From NCBI GenBank assembly GCA_964106915.2, contig OZ066916.1: a stretch of DNA of 64,000 bases; one strand, given 5' to 3'. Position numbers and translations under genes: made by a program. Source of the stretch: Podarcis gaigeae (Eukaryota). The notes below the pieces were generated by a model that had not been told where the DNA came from, ran no database searches, and worked only from the letters and a program-made list of their open reading frames with translations. Every line of letters begins with the position of its first letter. Position 1 is the stretch's first letter. This document shows, piece after piece, positions 38,401 through 51,350 of this stretch.

Positions 38401-39329
38401 TTTGAAAGGAATGCATACATGAAAAGTATTGAAGTTAACTAGTCAGCAAAAGATTAGCAAAAATTCTTGCTTCAACACTATTCATCTCAGCCTTTCAGAG
38501 AGAAAGAGAGAGAGAAAAAGAGAAAGAATTGCTTTAATTTATGCTTTGTTCACCTCAGATCACTCAATTCACTGAAGGCTGAAAGTTTACAAAAATTAAA
38601 TGCAGGATTGATCCAATAAACAACAAAGACAGCCATGATGCATTTTGATTAATGCAGTTAAAAATCTGAATGAGTCTGAACACTCTCAATCTGTTTTTTT
38701 TTTTAAAAAAAAGCTTATTACTCACAAGCTTTGCCTTTCAATTGGGAGAAAAGGAATGCAAAACTTGTCTCATTAACTTTCATCACTACAAGCTGGTAAA
38801 AAGCAGTAGACAAGAGAAGGATGATCCTTTCCACAGCATATGAGGCTGCCTGGCTTGTCTCATGTATTCCTGCCTAGTACTTTGTCCATTTCACAACCTG
38901 GCACGTAAACCTGAAGCAAAAGCAAATCCGCCATGGATGTTAAGGGAATAGGAGAGGTGGAGGCAGCTACACTTGCTCCATTGTTTCTCCGAAATGCATG
39001 CGCCTATCAACTCCAGATAGCTGTATTGCTCCTTTAAAACAATCCACAGTAAAGCAATATCTTTATTAGAATGAACCAATGCTCACAGTGCATTGGTTCA
39101 GCTTTTGTTTCATCTTTGTACAGAATCCCCCCTTAAACTGTACATTCTAGACTTTATTTTAAAGGGGAATAAACAAATGTTTCCAAGTTAGGGAAAGCTA
39201 TCATTGCATAACTACTGCATACAAGCAGGGATAGGGAATTTGCTTCCCCTACATATGTTGTGGATGAGAGCTCTCATAATCTCTGGCATTGGTAAGATTT
39301 AAGATGCATGTAATGTTGTCATGGGATAT

Positions 39330-39960
39330 GAGTGAGAAGGACAGAACTCGTGGCATCTCAGCCGCTTGGCCACCATACTCCATGCTCTGGTAACTCTCAG
39401 ACTGGATTGTTGTAATGCCTCCACATGGGGCTGCCCTTGAAGACAACTTGGAAACTTCAATGGGTCCAAAATGCAGCGGCTAGATTACCGGCTGGGGTTT
39501 CATTCAGTTCTCACATATCCAGTTCTAAAACAGCTGCACTGGTTGCCTTATTTTGGGTCCATTTCAAGGTAAACAACTCAGGCCCCAAATACCTGAAAGA
39601 CCCCCTCCTTCCCTACAGACCCCTTGGGTATTAAGATCAGCAAAGTGGGACCTTCTGGAAGTTCTGCCGCCCTTAGAAGTTCTGGGGTGGTGGAAGCCCA
39701 GGAGAGGGAAATCTTTGCTTCAGCGCCTAAGCTGTGGAACTCTCTCCCCACAGAGGTGCATCTGGCAACTGTACAGTTTTTGGAGAATGCTTAAGACACA
39801 CTTTATTATCGTAGGCTTTGATGCTTAAGATGCATATTTTTAGGACCAGCCCTATTTTTGTGATTGTAGGTTGCTTAGAATGCAACATTAAGAACAGTTT
39901 AATAGTGTTGTAATACTGGGACCCAAGAGTGATGGGCAGATAATAAATTAAAATGCAACA
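39330..39960 (+). mobile_element. L2-clade LINE 3' fragment
   Basis: Degenerate LVTLRLD.CNA..MGLPLKTTWKLQWVQNAAARL, typical of L2 ORF2, followed by a degraded 3' UTR. Confidence 0.8.
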
Positions 39961-41563
39961 CCACCAGCACAATTGGCACTGGTTCTCCAGGATTCCAACT
40001 GTGGGCAATCCCAGTACTTAGAGATGCCAAGGATTGAACTCGAGACCTTCTACTTGCACACCAGGTGCTTTGTCACTGAGGGAAGCCCCTTTCTCAACAA
40101 AATACTGTTGCCTACCACCCCAGTCTTTGAGCAGTGTGAGATTCCAGGGTTACCAGGCCTTTATCCAGGGTTTGTGTTTCCTTTTCGGAATGAGGCATAG
40201 TAGACACTCTAGTGTCTTTATGATATATGGTTTATTTACACATAGATACAACCTGAGCCAATAATAGAGGGTTTCACAGCATTAACACCCCCAAGAGGGT
40301 CTTGTTTCTCCCATAGCTGCTTGGATTCAAACATTGTGCTCTGCCTCTCTGGAGGAGGGCCCCCACTCATTTGCCATCTGGCACAGAGCCCATTCTCTTT
40401 TGCTCTCTTAATAACCCATCACCTTTTCTTTGTTTTCTTAATGGCCCTTCACCCAGACGATCAACTCATGAGGAAGCTAGCCTGGCTTGTATTTTAACAC
40501 TTGCTAGGATTATAGGGATTTGAAGTCTGGCACTGACAAATTCATAACAATTCCCTTAGGAAATAATTGTCTCAAGAGGCAACTGGTAGCAAAAACTGTG
40601 TTTGAATTAATAAATTGGGGAGCCAATGCATCTAGAGAAAACCTTCTCCTGTAGTTTGTGTTCTGGATGATAAAAGCCTGTAAATTGTTCTCTAAGCTAT
40701 CCATTCACCACTGGGTAGGGAAGGAAGTAGAGGACTCCTGGATGAAAGAAATACCGTACTTGTGAGCCTGTGATTCATGTGTGATATGGGATCCCTTAGC
40801 ACAGCAAAATAGTGAGCTATTTTGACACACAGGACCACTGACTCAGGCTGAGGTAAAGACGTTACTATTCCGTTGCTGCAGGAATGGACCTTGGCATCAG
40901 CCAGTTGAAGGAAGTTCTCATGTTGCTTCTTTGAGAAGTCAGAGATAGTTTATGTACATCTGAAACCTTGCTTACGTACAAGCACCAAGAGTAACTATAT
41001 TTGGTTAGTACTTTGGCAGGGAGAGTATGCCCGTGTTCTGCATTTTCAGATAATAGATGGCCTCAACTTTACATCTCGGCTTACTAGTTAGAAAACTTTG
41101 AAGCAAAGTGATACGAACTGTTTATGTGACTGTTTATCTCCGCATAAGGCAGAAATTAAGACAGTTGGAGTTGTTTTATACATCTCTGCTAGTATGGTAG
41201 AAGGCCCTGACGTAGAAATACCATATTTTTTTATATGCAGGATTTAATGGAATACCAAATCACTTCTGTAAAACTCAGCAGCTTAAAAGTGATTGTCTGA
41301 ATTATTATCTCTTGTCTATATTAGTCACCAAGGAAAGCAAGAGTGAGCTTGATTACAGGCTGACAGGGACATGAGTATGTGTTTCCAACACGATAAACAT
41401 TATTTTGCTCACTAGCCTTGTATGTACATTAAAGCTGAGACCATTTCATAAGCTGTGTTATGAAAGGCTGATCACCCCACGTCTCTTGACTAGCAGGACA
41501 TTCCTGGAATGACCTCCCTTTGCAGTGCATAGAAATTGTAACACTCTGTCTTAATTCAGGCTG

Positions 41564-41606
<43 letters not shown>

Positions 41607-41608
41607 TC
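41564..41608. repeat. (CTTT)n microsatellite
   Basis: Direct reading. Confidence 0.95.
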
Positions 41609-42491
41609 CCTTTTTCTTTTTTTCACTCACCCCTGCCAAATAGAAACACAAATTCAGTGCCCCAACTGATTTGGTGAGGGTGTCCTCTCACCACCCCTCA
41701 TCACTTCCAAGGGCCATTATAGAAACAGCTGGTCATGAAGCAATTCAACAAAAGATGGTCACTAGACAGCTAATACAGGGCATGACCATTATTAATTAAC
41801 ACTTCAGAGACTTGCAACAAGCTTGAGTAAATTAGGATTCTAAAGGCATGCAGGCTACAAATCTTCATGTCTGAAAGCATCTGAAATATAGGAGCATACT
41901 GAAGTGTAAATTACAACATTTGATTTACAGCACAGAGTTGTAAATCAACTGCATATGATTTTCTTCATTAACTCACACATTGGAGAGGCATAGAATGGAT
42001 GCGATCTGTTCTAGTGGTCCTAGATCATGGGTGCAATGACTTTGAAGAGGGCAAGTTCCGCAAAGCAGCATGGGCATCTGAAGGTGGCTATGGCGCTCTT
42101 CAGAAAGAAAGCCACTGATTTCATATGGCCACTTCTCCTGACAGGGTTGCTCAATACTTTTGCTTCAAAAGGCAAAGTGCCACTCTCTCTGCCCTATTCC
42201 CGCTGCACTAAAAAAGCTCTTCAGTAAACTCTGAATTCAGGCATTCACTCTCTTGGGTATGCAAACACAAAATGGGGCGAGCAAATACATATCTGTTCTC
42301 CTTGCAAAGTCTTGCTCCGTCTGTTTCCTCTGTCCACATCAACTATAATTGTGCAATCTGAATGTGCCAATATGTGGATCCCAACTGAAAATAGCAACAG
42401 TCTAGATTAGATTAAGTGGCGTACAAAAACTGAAGCAACAACAATTTAAATAAAATATTGCAAAAACACAAAATTACATATAGAGATGTTA

Positions 42492-42866
42492 AGGTAAAGG
42501 TAAAGGTACCCCTGCCCGTGCAGGCCAGTCTTGACAGACTCTGGGGTTGGGATGGGTTGTGCGCCCATCTCACTCAAGAGGCCAGGGGCCAGCGCTGTCC
42601 GGAGACACTTCCGGGTCACGTGGCCAGCGTGACATCGCTGCTCTGGCGAGCCAGAGCCGCACACGGAAACGCCATTTACCTTCCCGCTGGTAAGCGGTCC
42701 CTATTTATCTACTTGCACCCGGAGGTGCTTTCGAACTGCTAGGTTGGCAGGCGCTGGGACCGAGCAGCGGGAGCGCACCCCGCCGCAGGGATTCGAACCT
42801 CCGACCTTTCGATCGGCAAGTCCTAGGCGCTGAGGCTTTAACCCACAGCGCCACCTGCGTCCCCTC
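42492..42866 (-). mobile_element. Sauria SINE, full length, with 12-bp TSD
   Basis: Reverse-complement head GGGACGCAGGTGGCGCTGTGGGTTAAAG and (ACCTTT)n tail. TSD ATAGAGATGTTA at 42480-42491 and 42867-42878. Confidence 0.93.
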
Positions 42867-44771
42867 ATAGAGATGTTACATTAATACAAAATTACTAATA
42901 TAGATAAATCAGTATCAATTCATTTTCTTTCTGACACACCCTCCCTCTCACCCAGAGGACTCTCACTCAGGGCCCAAACAAACTCTCATCTCACCCACAA
43001 AAGTCTCACAATGAGAAAAAGTGGACATCACCCTGCTCTCTCACTCTAGACTTGCTTTTTATGGGCAAGCCCAAGGAGCATGGTACTTCCTCAGGCTATG
43101 TCTGATTCAGCTGCACTCTCCACCCCCAGTTCCAGGTGCAGCAGGATTGTTGACCCAGGAGGTCCAGAGGATGGGGAAAGGACCCCCGCTCCACTCACAG
43201 CTCTTTCTTCACCCCTGTTCTCTCCTCCTCCATCCATACTTTGTACCTTTGCCCATGTACACCCCCACACACCACAATGATTATTTATGGTTAGCAAAAA
43301 CATTGCAGAGCTGCAACTTAAGGACAAGCTCCACTATATCACTTTTCACTGGACAACAGAACCTGGAGCATCCCAGTTAATGATAAGTATTGGGAGACTG
43401 CCTTTCAACTGATAGAGGAGGACGGGAAATGACTTTTTCTGTGCCTTTCGATATGTGTATCAATTAGATTCCATTATGCTTTTGTGTCAAGCTATGCATA
43501 CAGCAGAGCCTATATACATAAATGAATTGGGCACTAATGGATAAATCCCTCCTCCCTGGAATATATGTACCTTTAAAATGTCTGATTAAGATGTTTTTAG
43601 AAGGCTTATAAAACAAGAGCATCAGTGAGGACCTGGCTTGGCAAAGGAGGGACCATTAGTCTCCCCCAGCTATGCCTGACTCTGTTCTCAGTGCAGAACC
43701 AACCCAGATCCTCAGAGAGGCAACATCACCAGAGTTGATTATCCTGTCTGGGGCTGAGATCTTGGGACAGATTAGATATTATGTTGGGGTAGCATTAGGC
43801 CCTCTGCCCAACCACCTCCCTTCCTGAGCAGAGAGGTGGCCTCAGATCTGTTGTTGAAGACCCCTAGGTTGTTAGTCCTGGGAGACTAACATCCATTCCA
43901 AGGTGCAGTCCACCTTGCGCCCTAGACACATGGCAGGCCATGCACTTGGATTTGGCCAATATTACTTACAATGCATAACTACCTCTTCCACCTCCAATAT
44001 CACAGAACGTTGGGAGCTGCATGGGCTGTTGTAATCAGGTAGTCCAACAGTTGAAGTTTCTTCCTGTCATTTGGGATCAGAAGAAAGTTGTGTACCAGTT
44101 CAAGCCAATACAAGTTTATTGGCTGCTCTAACACTCTGAAACTAGCAGCTCAGTTTTAGTTCACATGGGAAGAAAATTCACACTACAGTCCTGATTTGAA
44201 TATCTGATGGTGATCCATCATCGTTGAGTTATTGAATTTTATATTGGTACTAGATGATTCATAATAGTAACTAGGCAAAAGAGGAAAGCCTGTAATAGCA
44301 GATAGAAAATTACCGTGAGTAGGGTGACAGAGAAAATGATGAAACAAAAAGAAATAGACATATTGATTTTGTTTTACAATTGCTAGAATTATTAACAGAT
44401 CAATCCTATCCCCTGCCCAGGAGCATCAACTTATGACAAAGTAGCCTAGTCACCACGGCACCATTGGTCACACTGGGTGGGGGTCAAGGGTTGGGTTATG
44501 GAGGCTAGAATGGTGTCGTAATCAGGCCCAGTGCATCAATGGCAGCAATGGAGCTGGCTCAGACTATCAGAGGTGCAGTCATTGGGGGGGGGGGGAATTA
44601 ATTTCAGCAATCACTACCAGTATGGCAGAGGCACTGCTGTTCTTTACCTTTCTCTCCTTCTCTCTGCTAAAGTGGATTGGGGTCTAAAGTAGCAGACTGA
44701 ATCTCTGTTTCTCAGACACTGAAAATGGCAGACTATGGAAGCCTGGACAAATTGCCACATAAAATTTTGTG

Positions 44772-44774
<3 letters not shown>

Positions 44775-44806
<32 letters not shown>
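44775..44806. repeat. (TG)n microsatellite
   Basis: Direct reading. Confidence 0.95.
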
Positions 44807-44809
<3 letters not shown>

Positions 44810-46142
44810 ATGCTGTTGAGGTTGGGTGGGGGTCCAGTGTGTGTAATATTACATCAAGGCTTTTTTGAAGCAGAACAGTCATTCCGAACTGGTAACTTAG
44901 TTTAGTTTTGCTTTTAGGCTCTTGAATCCAATATGAAGAGGGATTCAGTTAAATGTTCTGTGGGGGGTGGGGGTGGAACCCAGCTAACTTAGGGCTCAGG
45001 TTCATTTTAATTTTCTTATTGTAATCTCAGGGTTAGGTCCACAAAACACTACTTGTCACACTGTTTGAAAGTTAACTATTTATGATTGTCTCTTCATTTT
45101 ACACAAACATGTATTTTCTTCTTCAGACCTGGTATTATTATTAGTGTATTGTTGATTTTTAAAAGTTTAAAAAGAAATAAATGAAATGACAATCAACAAT
45201 GTATAAAATGGATTAATCAAAATGTAACTCTTCTTAACATATGAGGGGTATTTTACTTTGGTTTCTGTCATTCCAGTATGTAAAAAAACCAAAAGTGCTA
45301 CTTTTTCAATAAAGTTATTATCTACATACCTACTTTCTCTAACTCCTATGAATTAATTTGAGCATATACACTCATGAAGATGCATATGCTGATGAGTAGT
45401 GGCAGGAAGCCACTGGGGGATCAACTATACTGCAGAGGTCCCAATTCAGAATTCCACTGCAGAGTCGATCCCTGCCCCAAGCAGGTCTTGCTGTAAGTAG
45501 AGATAATCTTTTTTCGTGGTTGGTCGGAGACATGCCCACAAAATGATTTATTTAATTTTCTTGGTCATCTGACATTGCTGTGATGACTGTTGATTGACAG
45601 TTGGGCAGCCTCCCCCACCTGTTAAAATGGTCTACAGGATGTGAGAAAAGTCAGAATCTGGCTCACCAGCCAAATCCTGTTCCTCACCTCTGTGCTGGAC
45701 AAAGAAGGGGTTGAAATACTTGAACAGTGTGAACTCTGGAAAATGTTAGAAAGCACAATTGCAGCAATAAGGAGCCTGGAGAAAGGGATCCAGAAATCTG
45801 GATGCAAATGGGCAAGTATCAGTTTGGTTAGGGAAACAATCTAGAAAGGTAGAGATGGATGGATGCATTTATTTGCTCTTATGGGTAAACTGTAAAATTA
45901 GTTCTCTTCTATGAATGATTTTCCCCCAAAATGTGTTTTATCTGAATCCTTAAGCAAAAGCACAATTTGTTTTGGAGAAATTTGGTCGGATGCCTTGTTA
46001 TACAATCCATGCCAAAGTGCCATACCACTCTAGCCAATATTTGGAGAAGGTTGGGCCAGTAAAAATAGAGAAGCTTAAAAAGCTGTTTGCTTAGCAGCCA
46101 GAGAAATATAAAAATATGGCAGCAGTGAAGTTAACAAGAATG

Positions 46143-47360
46143 AATCATAGATTCGTAGAGTAGGAAGGGACCCTGAGGGTAATCTAGTCCAACCCTCTAC
46201 AATGCAGGAATCTACACTAAAGCATCCATGCCGGATGGCCATCCAACCTCTGCTTAAAAACCTCTAAGGAAGTCCACCACCTCCTGTGGGAGTCTGTTTC
46301 ACTAGCAAACAGCTCTTACTGTCAGAAAGCTCTTCCTGATTTTTAGTCAGAATGTCCTTTCTTGTAACTTGAATCCATTAGTTCAGGTCCTACCCTCCAC
46401 AGCAGGAGAAAACATTCTTGTTCCATCGTCCATGTGACAGCCTTTAGATATTTGCAGATGGCTATCATATTTTCTCTCATTCTCCTCTTTACTCAGCTAA
46501 ACATACTCACTTGCTTCAACCATTCTTCAAAAGGCTTGGTGTCCAGACTCTTGCTCATCCTTCTCTGCACATGTTTCAGCTTATCAATATCCTTCTTAAA
46601 TTGTAGCGCCCTGAACTGGTCACACTACAGATACGCTCTGACCAAGGCAGAATAGAACGGGACTATTACTTCCCTTGACGCAGGTGGCGCTGTAGGTAAA
46701 CGCCTCAGTGCCTAGGGCTTGCCGATCGAAAGGTCGGCGGTTCGAATCCCCGCGGCGGGGTGCGCTCCCATTGCTCGGTCCTAGCGCCTGCCAACCTAGC
46801 AGTTCGAAAGCACCCCCAGGTGCAAGTAGATAAATAGGGACCGCTTACTAGCGGGAAGGTAAACGGTGTTTCCGTGTGCTGCGCTGGCTCGCCAGATGCA
46901 TCTTTGTCACGCTGACCACGTGACCCGGAAGTGTCTCAGGACAGCGCTGGCCCCCGGCTTCTTAAGTGAGATGGGCGCACAACCCTAGAGTCTGTCAGGA
47001 CTGGCCCGTACGGGCAGGGGTACCTTTACCTTTACCTTTTATTACTTCCCTTGATCATTACACTATGCTTCTATTTATGCAGCCTAGAATAGCATTAGCT
47101 TTTTTTGCAGCTGCATCACACTGTGGTCTACCAAGACCCCTAGATCTGTTTCACATGTACTACTGGCAAGCCAGGTGTGTCCCATCTTATATTGGTGCAG
47201 CTCGTTATTCCTGCCTAAGTGTAGACTCTTACATTTGTCCTTAGTGAATTTCATTTTGTATGTTCAGGGCCCAGTTCTCCAATCTGTTAAGGTCATATTG
47301 AATCCTGATTCTGTCTTCATTTGCATTGATTACTGCTCCCAGTTTGGTGTCATCTGCAAG
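46143..47360 (-). mobile_element. CR1 LINE 3' fragment, split by a Sauria SINE
   Basis: Colinear with the other two CR1 copies. Ends in the reverse complement of TCTATGATTC. Confidence 0.9.
46679..47039 (+). mobile_element. Sauria SINE nested in a CR1 LINE, 15-bp TSD
   Basis: Head, body and (ACCTTT)n tail. TSD TATTACTTCCCTTGA at 46664-46678 and 47040-47054. Confidence 0.93.
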
Positions 47361-47418
47361 GGTTTGCTTTCTTCTCTTCACTTTCACAATGCCATCTAAA
47401 AGCTGCACAATTGTAATA

Positions 47419-47644
47419 CAGTCGTACCTCAGAAGTCAACCAGAATCCATTCTGGAAGTCAGTTCAACTTCCAAAGTGTGGCTTCTGATTGGCTGCAGGA
47501 AGCTCCTGCAGCCAATCGGAAGCCCCGTTGGACGTTCAGCTTCCAAAAGAATGTTTGAAAACCAGAACACTCATTTCTGGTTTTTGATTGTTTGGGAGCT
47601 GGAACGTTTGACTCCCAAGGCATTCAGGAGCTGAGGTACGACTG
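47419..47644. mobile_element. Tc1/mariner (Tigger/pogo-like) MITE
   Basis: Perfect 14-bp TIR CAGTCGTACCTCAG / CTGAGGTACGACTG with TA TSD. Central palindrome GCTTCTGATTGGCTGCAGGA..TCCTGCAGCCAATCGGAAGC. Confidence 0.88.
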
Positions 47645-47831
47645 TACTGTTTCTTAAACTCATAGTAGCTCCTTTCCCTGGAGAAAAACCACATGATTGG
47701 ATCCTGCCTGCTGTTCCCGTGGGCAGTGCTATCCTAAAGGTTCTGAATTGCTGTCTGTGAGCCATAGGAACCCTTTGCCATAGGTGGGATTTTTTTTTTC
47801 TATTTATAGCTTATTGCCATCACCGCAGCTG

Positions 47832-47999
47832 TTAATAATCTGATAATAATTTTCAAATTCTCTGGCACTATAGAGCTTAAATAGCAAAAGAGAATTGCAA
47901 GTGGATCCATATATAGTTCATATGATCCGCTTGCAGTTCTCACTTGCTGTTTAAGCTCTATTGTGCTACCTGAGGATTTAGAAGTTATCAGATTATTAA
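47832..47999. repeat. 168-nt inverted repeat / long hairpin
   Basis: Arms TTAATAATCTGATAA...GCAAGTGGATCCATAT and ATATGATCCGCTTGC...TTATCAGATTATTAA are reverse complements over ~80 nt, around a 7-nt loop. Confidence 0.85.
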
Positions 48000-50900
48000 T
48001 TTTTAGTTCAAAGGTGTGCTAGAGGAACACGCTTTCCAATGGTTGTATCCCCCCCCAGAGGGCAGCAATGACGTCTGTCTTCGGGAACCTTCAAGGGTGC
48101 CAGCACTTACAAGTTCAGCTTTCTTGGAATAAAGTTCACTGGTGCCTGTGATGTCTTTTTGATACATGGTTTTAATTACACATAGATGAGCATAAGATGA
48201 ATGATCTAATTGCATTAACACTGCAACCGATTTTACTTCCCCTTAGGATTCCAGGCTGTCTTCAGAGCCACAGCTATGGTTTCAACACAGAGAGCAAGAC
48301 TTCCCAGCTCCTGACCAGACAAGACCAGCTCCTGGACTGTTTTTCTTGTACCCCTAGAATGACATCCACCCAGGTGAGAGGTGAAAGCCTACCTCTTTCT
48401 TCTGGAGGCTATACTAGTTAGTTGTTTCTGTGGCAACATGGCCAACTCTTTAGTCATGTAAAAAGGGTGTTTAATAGGCTTGGCAGAGCCAGTAACTTAA
48501 CAAAGAGACTTGTTTGACCCTTTCAGCAGTTTCTTCTATTATAGACTCCCATCTAGAAACATATATGGGGGTGGGGATACAAAAAAAAATGTTAACTTTT
48601 GTGCAGACTTCCAACACTGATGTAGGGCAGTTCTTAGGATGAGTTGTGGGTTCGGGGTCATTTCACACTCCTTGGCAGTTTTATTTTTCTATAAAAAGAG
48701 GTGCTGGGACAGAGTTCAGTGTGTTCTGGCTGAAAAAAGCCCTGCTTCTTGGGTAGCTATACCTCTACTTCCTACCAATAAAGCTAGCATGATTACTGAA
48801 TTGTGTTGTGCTAAACCTGTGACTGTTTAAACAGCAATCTTCTGCTAGCAGTATATATTTCACAGAATTTCAGCTCCCTTCCCTCCCCACTACTAATTGG
48901 AGAAGATAAGAGGCAAGGTTTTCCGCCAAACTCACACACCCAGCTAGATTTACACCTTGCAGCAGCACTCCTGCACAGCATGGTAGGTACTGAAGGAAAT
49001 TCACCGCCTGAGTTAATACTATATTCTGCCAAGTACTGCTTTGGCTCATTCTGTCTCAGCAGCATTTAAATACATTTATATGGAACAGTGGTGTGCCTGA
49101 AAGCTAATTTAGGCAGGAGAACAGCACATTTGATGGACAGTCAAATTTCAGCCGTACACGAGGGCTGCATGTAATTAAAAAACAACACACACACACTTGT
49201 GCTGATCTGAACAGATCCCATCCACAGCAAAACAAAGAATGGAATCCAGCTTAATTAAAGACTGGACCAGGAAGTTTGTTTTCATAGAAAATCTACATCT
49301 GAAAATATACTTGTAAATCTGAAAATAATCTTAAACAATAACAGCATGCCCCGAATGGGCCAAGCTAGTATGGGCTTGAAAGAAATTCATTAGGTATTTC
49401 TAGGCTTCCAGTTTTCTATTCATCAACAGTGGGATAATAACCAATTAGTTTCAAAATGAGGATCCTTTAGGCCAAAAGGCAGGAGTAGGTTAATAAAATA
49501 AAACAAGAACAAAGTCTCTACAGGTTCTGCTAAATATTACCTGTATTCATGTTCAGAAGTCTCTCGTCAGATGGTCTCCACTGAACACACCATCCATACC
49601 AAATATCCTACACTGATCAATCTTGTGCATGGAAAATCATGGAAACTATTCCTTGGATCTGGATTCAAGCATCCTCAGTGCTCCTTGCATATCAGACACC
49701 TTCTTCCAGATGCCTATTATAACAATTTTTGCCCACCAATAGCTCCTTCTGCCAGCTTCTTTCTCTCTTTCCATCTCAAAGGAGTCCCCCAAAGTAGTGC
49801 GGCTCAGATCCCAGCATCCTTTAGTACTTCCACTTCCTAGCTCAGCATTTCCCAATCTGGTGCCTCGCAGATGTTGTTGGAATCCATCTCCCCTCAGCCC
49901 AGTCGGTAAGGCCAATGGTCATGGGTGCTGAGAGCTGTAGTTCAAAACATTTGGAATACACCAGAATGGGGAAGGCTGTCTTTGCCACTTGCCTTCCTTC
50001 AAAACAGCAGGTATCTTGACCCTAGGCTCTTTACGTGGATTTTAGTACAAGTGGCCATCCCGCACTGGACTGTCTTGGTCTCCTCATGGGTCTGCAAATG
50101 TTTAAACGACAACCCTCCCAAAAATTAGCATGACTCAGCCCCCCCAGAATTGTATAAGCAGCCCCTAATCATCGTAGATGCAACAACCAGCAATATTATA
50201 CAGCTTTGGCCCGGGAGGATGGGATATAAATAAAAATTTATTATTATTATTATTATTGAAAGATCTGAAAAAAATAAGAGCTGCAAAAACAGAATATGAA
50301 ACTGTAACATCAGAGAAAACCAGCCCCATCCCTGAAAACTCCAGCGTCCACCTCCCTCCCTTTGACTGACCCAACCAAGTACAGACATAGGCTGTGTACA
50401 CAAAACTATGCATTTAAAGCATCTCACCCTCCCAAAAGAATCATGGGAACTGTAGTTTGTTAAGGGTGTTGAGAATTATAGCTCCATGAGGGGTAAACTT
50501 CATTTCTCACGATCCTTTGGAGTGATGTGGTTTAAAACTGTGTTGCACACACATTCACACACTCCTTCACACTCTCACACAGGCACGGCAAGCAGAAAGA
50601 GATCATAGCACTTCCAGCCGCACACAAGCAACCTGGGTGCTGTGGGAAGGAAATCTGCATGGAGAACCCAGAGATTTTCCAGGAAAAGGATCACGAGTCT
50701 TACTATGGCACTATGGAAACAATGCCTCTATGCAGACAAGTCTCATGACACTTAAAACAGTACAATTATATTCACGTCTCCAGGGGGAACCAGTGCTTAA
50801 AGAGAAGGCTGGGAGATGTGGGCCACACGTACAGGAACAGAAGCTGCCAACAGCAGATTCACAACAGGCAACCTAGCAATGATATATTTAGATTTTAAAA

Positions 50901-51344
50901 AGGGTGACACATTGCAGTTAGCTCCCAGGCCCCGGCTTCAGAAACACCACCTTATCTACAGAGATTTCAGGCATAGGTTCATGGCATGTCCCCTTGTAGC
51001 ATCTAAGGGGCTAAGCCCATGAAATGTCTTCTCCCCCTACCCTGCCTCAGGACCATATGGACCCAATCATAGGTAGATCAGTACTGAAGTGAAAGGGCTG
51101 CATGAGGAGTGTTAGCTCCGTGGAAAGATACAGATTCAACATACACAAGATCTTTTGGTACTGTCTTCCAAGGATCAGCTGAGAAAGGATGTAATGTGCA
51201 CCTAAGCAAGCGCACACAATTCCCGAGGCAGATTTTAGAAGGGTCTTAAATCAAACAACAGTTCAGGTCTGTGGAATTCATCCTGTTTTCACTGAAGCCC
51301 AAAGTTTACACATGTCTCATCACACAGCTGCTTGACTTCAACTT

Positions 51345-51350
51345 TTTATT
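51345..51350 (-). terminator. Candidate distal polyadenylation signal AATAAA of CDK19
   Basis: TTTATT on + strand. On the minus strand it is preceded by AU-rich sequence and followed by GU-rich CTGTGTGATG...ATGTGT. Confidence 0.5.

Noticed and set aside
41429-41626. K/E/R-rich ORF (KKERKKER...)
   Set aside because: Translation of the (CTTT)n microsatellite.
28052-49640. Scattered minus-strand donor-like sites and small exon-like segments (e.g. ~28060, ~43980-44135, ~49540-49607) suggesting a hidden gene between CDK19 and SLC22A16
   Set aside because: They do not chain into a consistent open frame or a recognisable protein, and such sites are expected by chance in 30 kb. A lncRNA cannot be excluded without RNA data.
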